Assembly (NCBI GenBank): GCA_902617525.1
Contig: CACMWW010000005.1
Span: 17,135 to 81,134, forward strand
Origin: an uncultured Pelagibacteraceae bacterium
GTDB lineage: Bacteria; Pseudomonadota; Alphaproteobacteria; Pelagibacterales; AG-422-B15
DNA: 64,000 nucleotides
Reading direction: 5' to 3'
Shown: piece after piece, positions 29,005-38,666 of the stretch
How positions within the stretch are numbered: the stretch's first letter is position 1
Layout: each line of letters opens with the position of its first letter
Translations under genes and position numbers: made by a program
The notes under the pieces: model-generated
Databases searched by the model: none
Told to the model about the DNA's origin: nothing
Seen by the model: the letters and a program-made list of their open reading frames with translations, nothing else

Positions 29005-29059
29005 AAATAGAACTTTTGCTTGCCTATTTGGCGTAAAACTCTATTTTTTCATATCTGTT

Positions 29060-29857
29060 ATGCATATTTTTCCAGTAGTTATTTTAGCGGTTATTCAGGG
29101 AATTACTGAATTCCTGCCAATTTCTAGTTCAGCTCACCTGCTTATTACCGCAGAAATGATGAATTTAAGTGAAAATTTATCTCTCGATATAAGCCTTCAT
29201 TTAGGTACTTTGATGGCTGTATTAATTTACTTTAGAACTGAGGCATTTAGCTTCTTTAAATTCATAATACTTTTCTTTTCGTCGAAAAAAAAATCCACGA
29301 TAAAGATAAATCAAAATTTGATTGTTGCATCATTACCTATAATTTTTATTGGTGGCTTAGCTTATATATCAGGTTTCGCTGAAATCTTCAGAAACCTACA
29401 TTTTATAGGTCTATCAACTATTGTCTTTGGTTTAGCTCTTTATTTTGCGGATATCAGATCTAATGAGGAAGGTCTTAAATTAGATAATTTATCTTATAGG
29501 AAATCTCTTATTGTTGGTTTTTTTCAAATTTTCGCAATTATTCCAGGTGCTTCAAGAGCAGGTGTAGTTTATACGGGTTCAAGAATAGTTGGTTTAAATA
29601 GAGTCGAGGCTGCAAAATTTTCAATGCTCTTATCAATACCTGTAATACTAATATCAGCCTCAATTCCTGCTATTGAAATAGTGAATGACACAATTGAAAT
29701 AAATTTTTTGTATTTATTTTCTGGTTTTATTATTTCTTTCATTACTGCTTACTTATCAATAAGTATATTGTTGAATTGGGTAAAAAATAATTCGATGATG
29801 CCATTTGTAGTTTATCGAATAATACTTGGATCGATAATTTTGATTTATTTCACTTAA
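29060..29857 (+). CDS. uppP: Undecaprenyl-diphosphatase
   Basis: 265 aa with ITEFLPISSSAHL and PGASRAG motifs. Confidence 0.9.
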   Translation: MHIFPVVILAVIQGITEFLPISSSAHLLITAEMMNLSENLSLDISLHLGTLMAVLIYFRTEAFSFFKFIILFFSSKKKSTIKINQNLIVASLPIIFIGGLAYISGFAEIFRNLHFIGLSTIVFGLALYFADIRSNEEGLKLDNLSYRKSLIVGFFQIFAIIPGASRAGVVYTGSRIVGLNRVEAAKFSMLLSIPVILISASIPAIEIVNDTIEINFLYLFSGFIISFITAYLSISILLNWVKNNSMMPFVVYRIILGSIILIYFT

Positions 29858-29858
29858 A

Positions 29859-30764
29859 CTATGAAATATATGTACTTATAATACTGCTTGGCGAAGTTGG
29901 TTCAATTCCTAATTTTTCTAAATTATATTTAGTTTTAGAGATGATATTGTCTTTTCTTAAAAGTTTTACTTGATCGAACGTTATAAGCGGAGAGGGCAAG
30001 GGCAACATCATAAACGCAATAAAGTTTGCAAAAGATAATGGAACTGGAACTATTAGTCTTTTAATTTTTAAAGTGTCTAAAATTAACTGGTATATTTCTT
30101 TTAAACTCATTTTTTCTGGTCCACCAAATTCAAAAATCTTACCGTTATATTTTTCATCCAAAATAAGTCTGTTTATTGCAACAGCGATATCTTTAACATA
30201 AACACATTGGTATTTGTTATTAGCGAACAACGGTATAAAAGGTAAACTTTTTAACAATTTGGCTTGAACTGAAAAGAAACCATCTCCGGGCCCAAAAACT
30301 ATTGATGGTCTAATTATGATTGTGTTGGGATAACACTCTTGAATATTTTGTTCTCCCAACCCTTTTGATTTTTGATACTTTGAGTCGCTTTCGATATCGG
30401 CTCCAATGGATGAAAAATGAATGAATTTCTCAACGTTATATCGCCTGCATAAATCTGCGATATTTTTTGGACCCAATGAGTGACAATTTTCGAAAGATTG
30501 GCCTCCTGAACTATCATTTAAAACACCAACAAAATTAATGACGATGTCAGAATTTTTTATATATGGCTCAATTGTGTGCTTAAGCATAATGTTACCTTTT
30601 ACAATATCTAATTGTTCTATTGGTGCCATCATTCTCAGGTGGCCAGCCAAATGGGGGTTTCTGCAAATAATTTTTAGATTGTGGCCCTCATTAAGAAGTT
30701 CAGAAATACAATATTTAGCTAAAAACCCAGATCCTCCAATTAATGTAATCGTTTTTTTCTTCAT
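29859..30764 (-). CDS. NAD(P)H-binding atypical SDR (complex I NDUFA9-like)
   Basis: 301 aa with TLIGGSGFLAKY Rossmann motif and the layout typical of alphaproteobacterial NDUFA9 homologs. Confidence 0.65.
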   Translation of the reverse strand: MKKKTITLIGGSGFLAKYCISELLNEGHNLKIICRNPHLAGHLRMMAPIEQLDIVKGNIMLKHTIEPYIKNSDIVINFVGVLNDSSGGQSFENCHSLGPKNIADLCRRYNVEKFIHFSSIGADIESDSKYQKSKGLGEQNIQECYPNTIIIRPSIVFGPGDGFFSVQAKLLKSLPFIPLFANNKYQCVYVKDIAVAINRLILDEKYNGKIFEFGGPEKMSLKEIYQLILDTLKIKRLIVPVPLSFANFIAFMMLPLPSPLITFDQVKLLRKDNIISKTKYNLEKLGIEPTSPSSIISTYIS

Positions 30765-30817
30765 ATTTTATAAATATACCTTTATGTACAATTTTGAAAT
30801 AGAGTAAATCTTAGAGA

Positions 30818-31429
30818 ATGCAAACTATATTACATAAAAATGATTTGAGTAACGAAATTGATTTTTCAAGCATTGTTGCGGCTGATTGCGAGATGATGGG
30901 ATTACAACCTGACAGAGATCCTCTTTGCTTAATTCAACTTTATGACGGAACTGGAGATTGCCATTTAGTACAATTTATAAACCAAAATTATGACGCTCCA
31001 AATCTTAAAAAATTATTAAGTAGTGATAAAACATTTATCTTCCACTATGCTCGACATGATCTAGCGGCTATCAAGCATGATCTAAATATTATGATCAAAA
31101 ATGTTTATTGTACTAAAATTAGCTCAAAAATAGCTAGAACTTACTCCCAAGGACATGGTTACAAAGATTTGTGTAAAGAACTATTAAAAATAGATATTTC
31201 TAAAAAACAGCAATCAAGTGATTGGTCAAATCCAAATTTATCAAAAGAGCAAATTAATTATGCCGCCACGGATGTTATATATTTACATGATATAAAAGAG
31301 AAGTTAGACGAAATTCTTAAAAGACAAAATAGAATGAAACTTGTTCAATCTTGTATAGAGTTTTTACCAACACGAGTTGAATTAGATTTAAGAGGCTGGA
31401 ACAATGACATATTTTCTCATTCAAGTTAG
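30818..31429 (+). CDS. 3'-5' exonuclease domain protein (RNase D-like, DEDDy)
   Basis: 203 aa with ADCEMMGL, FHYARHDL and YAATDVIYLH motifs. Confidence 0.75.
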   Translation: MQTILHKNDLSNEIDFSSIVAADCEMMGLQPDRDPLCLIQLYDGTGDCHLVQFINQNYDAPNLKKLLSSDKTFIFHYARHDLAAIKHDLNIMIKNVYCTKISSKIARTYSQGHGYKDLCKELLKIDISKKQQSSDWSNPNLSKEQINYAATDVIYLHDIKEKLDEILKRQNRMKLVQSCIEFLPTRVELDLRGWNNDIFSHSS

Positions 31430-31432
31430 AAT

Positions 31433-32398
31433 ATGAAAAGAAGTAAGATTATCAATCACGGAAAAGAAGTGATTACTACTGAGTTAAAAGGTATAAAAAA
31501 ACTCAATAAAACAATAAATCAAAATTTTGATAAAGCAGTTAAAACTCTCTCTAAGGTAAAAGGAAGAGTTATTATTACAGGTGTTGGCAAATCTGGTCAT
31601 ATAGCAAGCAAAATATCTAGCACCATGAGTTCAACAGGCACGCCATCTCAATATTGTTCACCTACGGATATGAGTCATGGAGACTTAGGAGCAATTTCAA
31701 AAAAAGATGCTCTTATTGTGATATCGAATTCAGGAAATAGTAATGAGTTGATAAATTTACTTAATTTTGCGAAAAAATATTCAATTTCAATTATAGGGAT
31801 ATCATCTAATTCGGAGAGTGATCTTATTAAAGCATCAGATATTAGCCTAATCCTGCCAAATGCCGCTGAGGCGTGTTCTATAGGATTAGCTCCAACAACC
31901 TCAACAACTATGGCTTTGATCATAGGGGATGCGTTATGCGTTTCTTTAATGAAACTTAAAAAATTCAAAATGTCAGACTATAAAAGGTTACATCCCGGAG
32001 GATCACTAGGAATTCAAATGCTTCAGGTTCAGGATATTATGCATTCTAAAATGAAAATGCCAATCGTGTCAGAAAATGCGAATATAAAATCTGTGATTAT
32101 TGAGATGACAAAAAAATCTTTTGGACATGTTGGTGTAAAAAATAAAAAAAATGAGTTAATCGGAATAATAACTGATGGTGATTTGAGACGAAATATAAAT
32201 AAACATTTTTTTGATAACAGGGCGAAGATGATTATGACTTCAAAACCTAAGTTAGTTGAAAAAAATATTCTTGTAGGTGATGCTTTAAATTTAATGAATA
32301 AATATAAAATTACCTGTTTATTTGTAGTTGATAAAAATAAAAGTAAAATTCCTATTGGAATTATTCACATTCATGACTGTTTGAGATATGCCAACTAA
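31433..32398 (+). CDS. kdsD: Arabinose-5-phosphate isomerase (KpsF/GutQ family; SIS + tandem CBS)
   Basis: 321 aa with GVGKSGHIASKISSTMSSTGTP SIS motif and CBS pair. Sits directly upstream of lptC-lptA-lptB. Confidence 0.88.
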   Translation: MKRSKIINHGKEVITTELKGIKKLNKTINQNFDKAVKTLSKVKGRVIITGVGKSGHIASKISSTMSSTGTPSQYCSPTDMSHGDLGAISKKDALIVISNSGNSNELINLLNFAKKYSISIIGISSNSESDLIKASDISLILPNAAEACSIGLAPTTSTTMALIIGDALCVSLMKLKKFKMSDYKRLHPGGSLGIQMLQVQDIMHSKMKMPIVSENANIKSVIIEMTKKSFGHVGVKNKKNELIGIITDGDLRRNINKHFFDNRAKMIMTSKPKLVEKNILVGDALNLMNKYKITCLFVVDKNKSKIPIGIIHIHDCLRYAN

Positions 32399-32900
32399 AT
32401 TCTTTAGTAATAATCGGATTGTATTATTAAGTATAATCTTATTAATAACTACACAGTTCACTAAAAGTGAGGATTTAATTATTGAAATTGATAATCCTAA
32501 GTTTTCTGAAAAAGGACTTGATGATAAAGTGTATGAAATTAAAGCAAAAAAAGGATTTAAGTCAAATAATGAATTAGATCTTGTTGAGATAGAAGGAAAA
32601 TTTAAAACTGACAAAAATGGGAAATGGATTTACTTAGAAGCAGACAGAGGGAAATTTTTTCAAACAACAAATTTTATTGAACTAGAAAATAATATTGTGT
32701 TTTATACTGATGACGGTGAAAAAATTAAATCTAATTTTGCAAAATTTGACATGAATGAAGAAATTATTACATTAAATGAAAGTGTGAGCCATGCAAATAC
32801 AGCAGGAATTATACTTTCAGATAGCACTGTAATTTCAAATAATTTCAATAAAATTATTTATATTGGAAATGTTAAGTCAATTTTAAATAATACTAATTAA
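32388..32900 (+). CDS. lptC: LPS export protein LptC-like
   Basis: 170 aa with an N-terminal anchor and a beta-rich body. The call rests mainly on its position between kdsD and lptA. Confidence 0.6.
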   Translation: MPTKFFSNNRIVLLSIILLITTQFTKSEDLIIEIDNPKFSEKGLDDKVYEIKAKKGFKSNNELDLVEIEGKFKTDKNGKWIYLEADRGKFFQTTNFIELENNIVFYTDDGEKIKSNFAKFDMNEEIITLNESVSHANTAGIILSDSTVISNNFNKIIYIGNVKSILNNTN

Positions 32901-33350
32901 ATGTTAAGAAATTTAATTAATCTAACTATTTTAAATTTACTCATTATTTTTAATGCTTATGCAAATGAATTAAAAATAAGTTCTGATAAGCTTGAGGTTG
33001 ACCGTGAAAATAAAATATCAATATTCTCTGGAAGTGTATATGCATATAATGAAGACATAAAAATTTGGTCTGAAGAGCTAATAGTAAAATTCAACAATAA
33101 TGAAAATAAAATTCAACAATTAAATGCAAAAAAAAAAGTTAAAATAATAAACCAGGAAATTACTGCAACAGGTAAAACAGCCATTTATGACCCAAATTTG
33201 GAGACACTTCAAATGTATGGCAATGTGGAAGTGACCGAATCAAAAAATTTTGTAATATGTGATGAATTATTCCTGGATATAAAAAACTCAACTAGTATAA
33301 TGACAAGTGTCTCATCAAATAGAGTTGAAGCATTTATTGTAAGTGAATAA
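32901..33350 (+). CDS. lptA: LPS transport periplasmic protein LptA (OstA N-terminal domain)
   Basis: 149 aa with a signal peptide, then OstA-like repeats (SSDKLEVDRENKISIFSGSV...ATGKTAIYD). Position between lptC and lptB. Confidence 0.7.
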   Translation: MLRNLINLTILNLLIIFNAYANELKISSDKLEVDRENKISIFSGSVYAYNEDIKIWSEELIVKFNNNENKIQQLNAKKKVKIINQEITATGKTAIYDPNLETLQMYGNVEVTESKNFVICDELFLDIKNSTSIMTSVSSNRVEAFIVSE

Positions 33351-33359
33351 TTAATTAGA

Positions 33360-34112
33360 ATGACATTAAAGCCAAAACTAGTTTCATCAAAAGATGGTCT
33401 TGTAGTTAATAAACTAAGGAAAACATTATCTCAGAAACAAATAGTAAGAGATGTAAGTTTAAAACTACAAAGGGGTAAGACTATTGGTTTATTAGGTCCT
33501 AACGGTGCGGGTAAAACAACTACTTTTTATATGATTATGGGCTTAATTGATTGCGATGGAGGTGAAATATTACTAGATAATATTCGTCTCACTACCCTTC
33601 CAATGTACAAAAGAGCAAAACTGGGTATTGGATTTTTACCTCAACAACCCTCCATTTTTAGGGGTATGTCGGTAGAGGATAATTTATTATCAATTTTAGA
33701 AACTCAGGGTCATCCTAAAGATCAAAAACAGAACATCCTAGAAGAATTACTTACTGAATTTTCACTGACTCATCTTAGGAGGGCAATGCCTCACATGTTA
33801 AGTGGTGGAGAGAGAAGAAGAACTGAAATTGCCCGATGTCTCTGTTCTAATCCTAGAATAATATTAATGGATGAACCAACAGCTGGCGTAGACCCAATTG
33901 GCATAGATGATATAAAAATCTTAATAAAACAATTAATGAATAAAAATATTGGGGTTTTAATCACTGATCATAATGTCAGAGAAGTATTAGATATCTGCGA
34001 TTACTCTTACGTAATGCATTCAGGCAAGATCATTGCTGAAGGTGAGAGTAATGCAATACTTGGAAACGAAGATGCGCGCAAATTCTATCTAGGTGATTCT
34101 TTTAAGTATTAA
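33360..34112 (+). CDS. lptB: LPS export ABC transporter ATPase
   Basis: 250 aa with Walker A GPNGAGKTT, signature LSGGERRR and Walker B ILMDEP. Confidence 0.92.
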   Translation: MTLKPKLVSSKDGLVVNKLRKTLSQKQIVRDVSLKLQRGKTIGLLGPNGAGKTTTFYMIMGLIDCDGGEILLDNIRLTTLPMYKRAKLGIGFLPQQPSIFRGMSVEDNLLSILETQGHPKDQKQNILEELLTEFSLTHLRRAMPHMLSGGERRRTEIARCLCSNPRIILMDEPTAGVDPIGIDDIKILIKQLMNKNIGVLITDHNVREVLDICDYSYVMHSGKIIAEGESNAILGNEDARKFYLGDSFKY

Positions 34113-34188
34113 TGGTGGAGCTAGTCGGACTCGAACCGACCACCTCGTCACTGCCAGCGACGCGCTCTCCCAGATGAGCTATAGCCCC
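34113..34188 (-). tRNA. tRNA-Ala (anticodon GGC), CCA encoded
   Basis: Minus strand reads GGGGCTA-TA-GCTC-ATCTGGGA-GAGC-G-CGTCG-CTGGCAG-TGACG-...GGTCGGTTCGAGTCCGAC-TAGCTCC-A-CCA. The G3:U70 alanine identity pair is present. Confidence 0.93.
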
Positions 34189-34190
34189 GA

Positions 34191-34559
34191 CTATTGTTCC
34201 TCAATGCTGTCAGTATTATTTTCGTCAATATCTAAATTGTCGACTTCACCAGAAATCACCTGAACATCGGTTTCAGAGTCTTCAAGACTTATTGTATCAT
34301 CATCAATTGCATCTTCTATTTCTATGTCTTCAACTTCTGCAATAGATTCTGATGCATCACTACCTACTAAATTATCGTCAGTTACTGTATCAACATCATC
34401 AGTAAAAACTTGCTTGGCGTTTGTAACTATATTATCAATCGTTGGCTCAGTATATTCAGTGCCACAATTAGGACATATCGCAGGTTTTCTATTTAAATCA
34501 TAAAACTTAGTTTCACAATTTAGACAAACTACTTTCTTTCCCCACTCAACCTTTGGCAT
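34191..34559 (-). CDS. Zinc-ribbon protein with acidic tail (FYDLN_acid / TIGR02300-type)
   Basis: 122 aa. The N-terminus CLNCETKFYDLNRKPAICPNCG carries the literal FYDLN motif and is followed by a D/E-rich tail. Confidence 0.7.
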   Translation of the reverse strand: MPKVEWGKKVVCLNCETKFYDLNRKPAICPNCGTEYTEPTIDNIVTNAKQVFTDDVDTVTDDNLVGSDASESIAEVEDIEIEDAIDDDTISLEDSETDVQVISGEVDNLDIDENNTDSIEEQ

Positions 34560-34656
34560 AATAATAATCTAATATTTATGATATAAAATTTTTGATACAA
34601 CTCAAAAATAAATAATATATAACTTTAGACTAACAAGATAAATAGACAATATAAAA

Positions 34657-35946
34657 GTGTTAAAATTTAGAGGAACATTAGAGATTTCGGGCGATAAGTC
34701 TGTTTCACATAGAGCTCTAATATTATCAGCTATGTCTACTGGGAAAACAAAAATAACTAATTTGCTTGAGTCAGAAGATGTAATGAGCACATTAAAAATC
34801 TTAAAAAAATTAGGTGTAAAAATAAAAAAGAAAGAAAAAACATGGCTGGTTTATGGAAATGGTACAAATGGCTTCATTGAACCAGATAATCCTCTTAACT
34901 GTGGTAATAGTGGAACTACAGCCAGACTAATGTTAGGAGCAGTATCTTCAAACCCTATTAATTGTACTTTTGTTGGCGATGCTTCCCTAAGTAAGAGGTC
35001 TATGTCAAGAGTAACAGAGCATTTAGAAAAAATGGGGGCGGTCATACATATTACTAAAAAAGATTATTTACCACTTATAATAGCCGGAAATGAATCATTA
35101 TTACCAATGAAGCACAAGATAAGAAAAGCGTCAGCTCAAATTAAATCAGCATTAATCCTTGCAGCCCTAAATATACATGGAACAACAGAAATTATTGAGT
35201 CAACTCCTACTAGAGATCATACTGAAAGACTTTTAAAATTTCTAAATGTTGATTTTAAATTGCTAAAACTTAAAAATAAAATGACTAAAATTCAATTGAA
35301 TGGACCATATGAAATCAGATCAAAAAATATAAAAGTTGCCAGTGATCCCTCTAGTGCTTCTTTTTTTGTTGTTGGTGCTCTGATATTACCAAGATCGAAG
35401 ATTAAACTTAAAAATATTATGCTTAACCCATCTAGAATTGCATTCTTAAAAATATTAAAGCGTATGGGAGGCAAAATTAAAATAGAAAAATCAAAAAAAA
35501 TTTGTGGCGAAGATGTTGGAGACATAATTGTTGAATACAGTAAGTTGAAAGGAGTTAGTATACCATCATCAGACTCAGCATTCTTGATAGATGAATATCC
35601 AATCTTATCAATTGCTGCCACTCAGGCAAAAGGGAAAACAACAATGAAAGGTCTTAACGAATTAAGACACAAGGAAAGTGATAGAATAAAAAGTATTTTT
35701 TATAATTTAAAAAAAATAGGAATAGATGTTGAAGAAAAAAATGATAACTTATCAATTTTTGGAAAAAAAATTACTATTAAAAAAAATATTATAATCAAAT
35801 CGTATAATGACCATAGAATAGCAATGTCATTTTCAATACTAAATTTGCTTTATAATATGAAATTAAAAGTTGATAACAAGAAATGTATAAATATTAGTTA
35901 CCCGGATTTTGAAAAACATTTAAATCAATTAATTTCAAAAAATTAA
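34657..35946 (+). CDS. aroA: 3-phosphoshikimate 1-carboxyvinyltransferase (EPSP synthase)
   Basis: 429 aa with a GTG start. Motifs GDKSVSHRALILSA, LNCGNSGTTARL, RHKESDRI and DHRIAMSF. Confidence 0.93.
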   Translation: MLKFRGTLEISGDKSVSHRALILSAMSTGKTKITNLLESEDVMSTLKILKKLGVKIKKKEKTWLVYGNGTNGFIEPDNPLNCGNSGTTARLMLGAVSSNPINCTFVGDASLSKRSMSRVTEHLEKMGAVIHITKKDYLPLIIAGNESLLPMKHKIRKASAQIKSALILAALNIHGTTEIIESTPTRDHTERLLKFLNVDFKLLKLKNKMTKIQLNGPYEIRSKNIKVASDPSSASFFVVGALILPRSKIKLKNIMLNPSRIAFLKILKRMGGKIKIEKSKKICGEDVGDIIVEYSKLKGVSIPSSDSAFLIDEYPILSIAATQAKGKTTMKGLNELRHKESDRIKSIFYNLKKIGIDVEEKNDNLSIFGKKITIKKNIIIKSYNDHRIAMSFSILNLLYNMKLKVDNKKCINISYPDFEKHLNQLISKN

Positions 35947-36587
35947 TGGTCGATATTTTAGCAATTGATGGTCCGGCATCAGTAGGAAAATCGACTTTAG
36001 CAAAAAAAATTTCAATTTATTATAATGTACCATTATTAAATAGTGGAAGACTTTACCGTGCAGTTGCTCTGGAAATTAATCAGAAAAAAATCAACATTGA
36101 TGACAAAAATAAAATAATCAATATAGCTAGATCACTTACAGAGAATAAAATTAACTCTGAGTATTTGTTTCATAGTCAGATAGATAAAATTGCCTCTAAA
36201 ATATCAGCTAAAGCATATCTACGTAACGAGCTAATAGATTATCAGAGAAAATTTCCAAAAAAATATGCAAAAGATAAGAAATTTACAATTATTGAAGGAA
36301 GAGACATCGGAACTAAAATTTTTCCATCAGCTAAATATAAGATTTTCATGTGGGCTGACGCAAATATAAGGGCTAAAAGAAGACACCTTCAAAACAAAAA
36401 AAAGGGGGGGAAATCAAGCCTTAAACAAATTTATCGCGAGATTATTGAGAGAGATAACAGAGATTTGAACAGGAAAATAGGTCCTCTTAAGCCCGCTGCA
36501 AATTCGGTATTGCTAGATACAACTTATCTTGATATAGAACAGGCTTTTAATGCAATAAAGAAAATATTTAACTTAAAGTCAATATGA
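35946..36587 (+). CDS. cmk: Cytidylate kinase
   Basis: 213 aa with IDGPASVGKST P-loop and GRDIGT. Confidence 0.9.
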   Translation: MVDILAIDGPASVGKSTLAKKISIYYNVPLLNSGRLYRAVALEINQKKINIDDKNKIINIARSLTENKINSEYLFHSQIDKIASKISAKAYLRNELIDYQRKFPKKYAKDKKFTIIEGRDIGTKIFPSAKYKIFMWADANIRAKRRHLQNKKKGGKSSLKQIYREIIERDNRDLNRKIGPLKPAANSVLLDTTYLDIEQAFNAIKKIFNLKSI

Positions 36588-38281
36588 GCCAAGAGTCCCT
36601 AAGTGAAATTAATTCATCAGAGTTTGACTCCCTGTTAGCTGACTCAATTAATAATTCAAAACTTAAAGAAGGCACTATTATCAAGGGTACTATTGCTGAG
36701 ATTGAGGATGACGCAATTATTGTTGATATAGGTGCAAAAGTAGAAGGTAGAATTCCAAAAAGAGAGTTTGTATTCCAAAAAGATCAAAAAGAGTTTTCAA
36801 TCGGAGACACTATTGACGTATATCTGGATAAAATAGAAAATCATAATGGTGAGTGCATTCTTTCTAGATCAAAAGCAAAATCTAAAGAGATATGGGGAGA
36901 AATTGAAAAATCATTTGAAGCTGGTGAATTAGTAGATGGTGTAATAACTGGTAAAGTTAAGGGCGGGTTATCTGTAGAAATCGGTGTAACTGCATTTCTC
37001 CCAGGCAGTCAAATTGATACTCGTCCGGTAAGAGATGTCAGTAGTTTGATTGATGTTCCTCAAAAATTTAAAGTACTAAAGATGGATATACGTAGATCTA
37101 ATATTGTCGTAAGTAGAAGAGCAGTATTAGAAGATATGCACAAGGAAACAAGAGCTGAGAGATTCTCTCAATTAAAACTTGGTGATGTAGTCGAGGGAAA
37201 GGTGAAAGCTCTGACGGATTACGGGGCTTTTATAGATCTAGGTAGTTATGATAGTTTACTTCACAGTAGCGATATTACATATAAAAGAATTGGACATCCT
37301 TCGGAGGTATTAAAAATAGATCAACAAGTTAAGGTTAAAATCATAAAGGTTGATCCAGAAAAAAATAGAGTATCTGTTGGGATGAAGCAACTTGAAGATG
37401 ATCCATGGAACTTGGTGAAAAATAAATTTAATGTTAATGATAAAGTAACGGGAGTAGTCACAAATGTGACTGATTATGGAATATTTATCGAAATAGAAAA
37501 TGGTGTTGAAGGTTTGTGTCATAAAGATATGCTTACTTGGAGCTCCAAACAAAATTCAAAGCCTGGTAATTTATATGCAAGATCCCAATCTGTAGATTGT
37601 CAAATACTTGAAATAGACCATGAAAAAAGAAGATTAAGCCTTGGAATAAAACAACTTACACCTAATCCTTGGCAAAAATTTAATGATGAAAATCCAGTTG
37701 GTAAAATTTTAGATACCTCAATCACAAGTATTAAGGATGGAATTCTGTTTTGTAACCTAGATGGTGAAATTGATGGTGCAATTTTTAGTAAAGATTTATC
37801 TTGGGAAACAGACCCAAAAGAAGAAATTAAAAAATACAATGTAGGCGACCAAGTAAAAGTAAAGATAATTTCTAACGAAAATGAAAAAGTAGCTTTATCT
37901 ATTAGAGAAGTGACTGGAAATCCTTTCGATGAAATCAGAGAAAAAGTAAAGGGTGACATTGTCACGTGCAGCGTTATTGAGACAGGTGAATATGGAGTAA
38001 AAGTGAGAATTGGTGATAAAGGACCAATAACTACAATTAAAAAATCGGATTTAGCATTAAGAAAATCTGATGCAAGGCCTGACCGATGGGCAAGAAATGA
38101 CAAATTAGATGCATCAATCACAAACATTGATATATCGAATTATAAGGTGAACTTATCAATAAGAGTCATGGAAGAGGAAATCGAAAAAGAAGCAATGGAA
38201 AAATACGGTTCCAAAGACTCAGGGGCCTCATTGGGAGCTATTCTTGGAAAAGCATTAGGAAGAGACAAAAAAGAAGAGTAA
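36584..38281 (+). CDS. rpsA: 30S ribosomal protein S1
   Basis: 565 aa with six S1 repeats, in conserved cmk-rpsA-ihfB order. Confidence 0.95.
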   Translation: MSQESLSEINSSEFDSLLADSINNSKLKEGTIIKGTIAEIEDDAIIVDIGAKVEGRIPKREFVFQKDQKEFSIGDTIDVYLDKIENHNGECILSRSKAKSKEIWGEIEKSFEAGELVDGVITGKVKGGLSVEIGVTAFLPGSQIDTRPVRDVSSLIDVPQKFKVLKMDIRRSNIVVSRRAVLEDMHKETRAERFSQLKLGDVVEGKVKALTDYGAFIDLGSYDSLLHSSDITYKRIGHPSEVLKIDQQVKVKIIKVDPEKNRVSVGMKQLEDDPWNLVKNKFNVNDKVTGVVTNVTDYGIFIEIENGVEGLCHKDMLTWSSKQNSKPGNLYARSQSVDCQILEIDHEKRRLSLGIKQLTPNPWQKFNDENPVGKILDTSITSIKDGILFCNLDGEIDGAIFSKDLSWETDPKEEIKKYNVGDQVKVKIISNENEKVALSIREVTGNPFDEIREKVKGDIVTCSVIETGEYGVKVRIGDKGPITTIKKSDLALRKSDARPDRWARNDKLDASITNIDISNYKVNLSIRVMEEEIEKEAMEKYGSKDSGASLGAILGKALGRDKKEE

Positions 38282-38336
38282 ATATTCTTTACAATCAATT
38301 ATTTACAATACAAGCTAATACCATATAATTATTTAT

Positions 38337-38645
38337 ATGAGTTTAATTAAATCTAAGCTAATTCAAAATATTACTGAGGCAAATCCTCACCTATTTGTTC
38401 GTGATGTTGAAAGAATTGTAAATACAATTTTCAATGAAATTACACAATCTTTAGCTGAAGGTAAAAGAGTTGAATTAAGAGGTTTTGGAGCCTTTTCAGT
38501 TCAACACAGAAAACAAAGAACTGGCAGGAATCCCAGAACTGGTGAGGCTGTAAACGTTGAAGAGAAGTATATACCTCGCTTCAAAACAGGCAAAGAGCTA
38601 AGATTAAAACTTAATAAACAAGAAAATCCTACTGACGAAAGTTAG
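38337..38645 (+). CDS. ihfB: Integration host factor beta subunit (HU/IHF family)
   Basis: 102 aa with the segment [29 protein letters not shown]. Sits after rpsA as in many proteobacteria. Confidence 0.82.
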   Translation: MSLIKSKLIQNITEANPHLFVRDVERIVNTIFNEITQSLAEGKRVELRGFGAFSVQHRKQRTGRNPRTGEAVNVEEKYIPRFKTGKELRLKLNKQENPTDES

Positions 38646-38666
38646 AGATAAATTAAAACTTAAATT

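Noticed and set aside
36396-36410. A8G7 homopolymer pair inside cmk (codes KKKGG), considered as a phase-variation or slippage tract.
   Set aside because: It lies in frame within an essential housekeeping gene whose downstream sequence remains Cmk-like, and there is no evidence of frame disruption. It is noted only as a likely sequencing-error hotspot.
37600-38127. 175-aa minus-strand ORF inside rpsA. Similar long antisense or overlapping ORFs occur at 13917-14225, 26286-26633, 27875-28180, 35292-35621, 31675-31968, 32318-32614, 49205-49531 and 24693-24968.
   Set aside because: All lie entirely within strongly supported conserved genes on the opposite strand or in another frame. Their translations are low-complexity (S/L/F/I-rich) with no recognisable motifs. 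They are typical shadow ORFs of AT-rich coding DNA.
38302-38329. TTTACA-16 nt-TATAAT promoter-like match 7 nt upstream of the ihfB ATG, which would imply a near-leaderless mRNA.
   Set aside because: In DNA this AT-rich, such hexamer pairs arise often by chance, and there is no supporting feature. It is left as unproven.
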